DNA of 64,000 bases, taken from contig CM074810.1 of the NCBI GenBank assembly GCA_037447605.1, forward strand, positions 2,576,880-2,640,879, in the 5' to 3' direction. Origin of the DNA: Zygnema circumcarinatum SAG 698-1b (taxonomy: Eukaryota; Plantae; Zygnematophyceae). Positions 63,057 to 64,000 of the stretch are shown here, piece by piece; the stretch's first letter is position 1; every line of letters begins with the position of its first letter. The translations under genes and the position numbers were made by a program. The notes under the pieces were generated by a model. The model was not told where the DNA came from and made no database searches. It saw only the letters and a program-made list of their open reading frames with translations.

Positions 63057-63891
63057 ATGGCCGGCGGAGACATGCAGGCGTGGGCCCTGCTGCTCGCGGG
63101 CGCGTCCGTACTGCTCTCGTGCTGCCTCACTGCACTTCTCATAGGGGAGCACCTCACTGCCTATAACTGCCCCGAGGTGCCTCTCTCCCTCCCCCTCTCT
63201 CTCTCTCTCCCACTCTCTCTCTTTCTCTCGCTCCCTCTCTCTCTCTCTCTCTTTCTCTCCCTTTTTCTCTTTCTCCCCCCCTCTTTCTCTCCACGCCTTT
63301 CTCTCTCCCCCTCTCTCTCTCTCCCACCCTTTCTCTCGTTCTCTCCCTTTCTCTCTCTCTCCCCCCCTTTCTCTCTCCCCCCCTTTCTCTCTCGCCCTCT
63401 CTCTCTCCCACCCTTTCTCTCTTTCTCTCCCTTTCTCTCTCTCTCCCCTTTCTCTCACCCCCATTTCTCTGTTCCCCTCTCTCTCTCCCACCCTTTCTCT
63501 CTTTCTCTCGATCTCTCCGCCCTCCTCCACCGTCTCCCTTTTTTGTCCCTTCGCTCTCTTGCTACTTCTCTCTCGCTCTCTCCCTCTCTCTCCCCACTCT
63601 TTCTTTTGTACGTCTCTCTTCCTCTCCTTCCCTTCTCTCTCCCTCCCTCCCTCTCCTCTCTCCCTCCCTCTCTCACCCCTCCACTCCCTCCATCTCACAT
63701 CGCCCCTCCCTCCCTTTCTGCCTCCCTCACCATAGACTTTTTTCCAAAATCAGTTGCTGCAAACTTTTTATTACAAACTCGGCAAATGCGTCCTACGTAC
63801 CTAAAAAGGGGAAATCGAATAATTTGAAATGCAGGAGCAGAAATGGATAATCAGCTGCATCTTCATGGTGCCCTTATACTCCGTTTGCTCG
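63057..63891 (+). CDS. OSTalpha/TMEM184 (LAZ1-like, DUF300) membrane protein, first two coding exons; continues beyond the window
   Basis: Exon 63057-63176 (MAGGDMQAWALLLAGASVLLSCCLTALLIGEHLTAYNCPE) and exon 63835-63891 (EQKWIISCIFMVPLYSVCS) match the family motif HL..Y..P.EQK.I..I..MVP.Y. Confidence 0.85.
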
Positions 63892-64000
63892 GTACTCCTT
63901 TTCTTTCCATAAACCCCCCTCCTGCTTGAAAGTTGCAATCTGTTAATCTGTGTGAAATCTAATAATTTTTTTTTTTTTTCTGAAGTTTGTTTCTCACGTT

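Overview
Intron-rich eukaryotic nuclear DNA from a green plant lineage, most likely a streptophyte alga. This is an inference from a plastid-targeted FtsZ2, plant-type F-box/Kelch and At4g00755-type F-box genes, and GT-AG introns filled with (GA/CT)n and telomere-like repeats. I reconstructed 12 protein-coding loci exon by exon: three secreted triple-PAN/Apple proteins (412-3028 -, 11429-13736 -, 16050-18051 +), two F-box/Kelch genes (5139-7774 -, 18864-20619 + partial), a tandem trio of At4g00755-like F-box genes (21911-37921 +), plastid FtsZ2 (39087-43524 -), a small probably plastid-targeted conserved protein (44712-47840 -), an ankyrin-repeat MEKK/STE11-type MAP3K (50277-60223 +), and the start of an OSTalpha/TMEM184 (LAZ1-like) gene (63057 onward +). 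Non-autonomous DNA transposons with clear TIRs and TSDs: two copies of a GG-ended 8-bp-TSD family, one TA-TSD Tc1/mariner-type MITE, and two AWT-TSD Harbinger-type MITEs. There are seven 10-N gaps. Two flank near-exact 1.3-1.4 kb duplications (probable assembly overlaps) and three coincide with missing exons. The most interesting signals are the exon-modular secreted Apple-domain family, patchy hypervariability with homogenised flanks in the F-box trio, the ankyrin+MEKK architecture, and dense CACGTG/GTAC motif clusters at gene starts, including inside coding exons. Most long ORFs in the supplied track are microsatellite artefacts.
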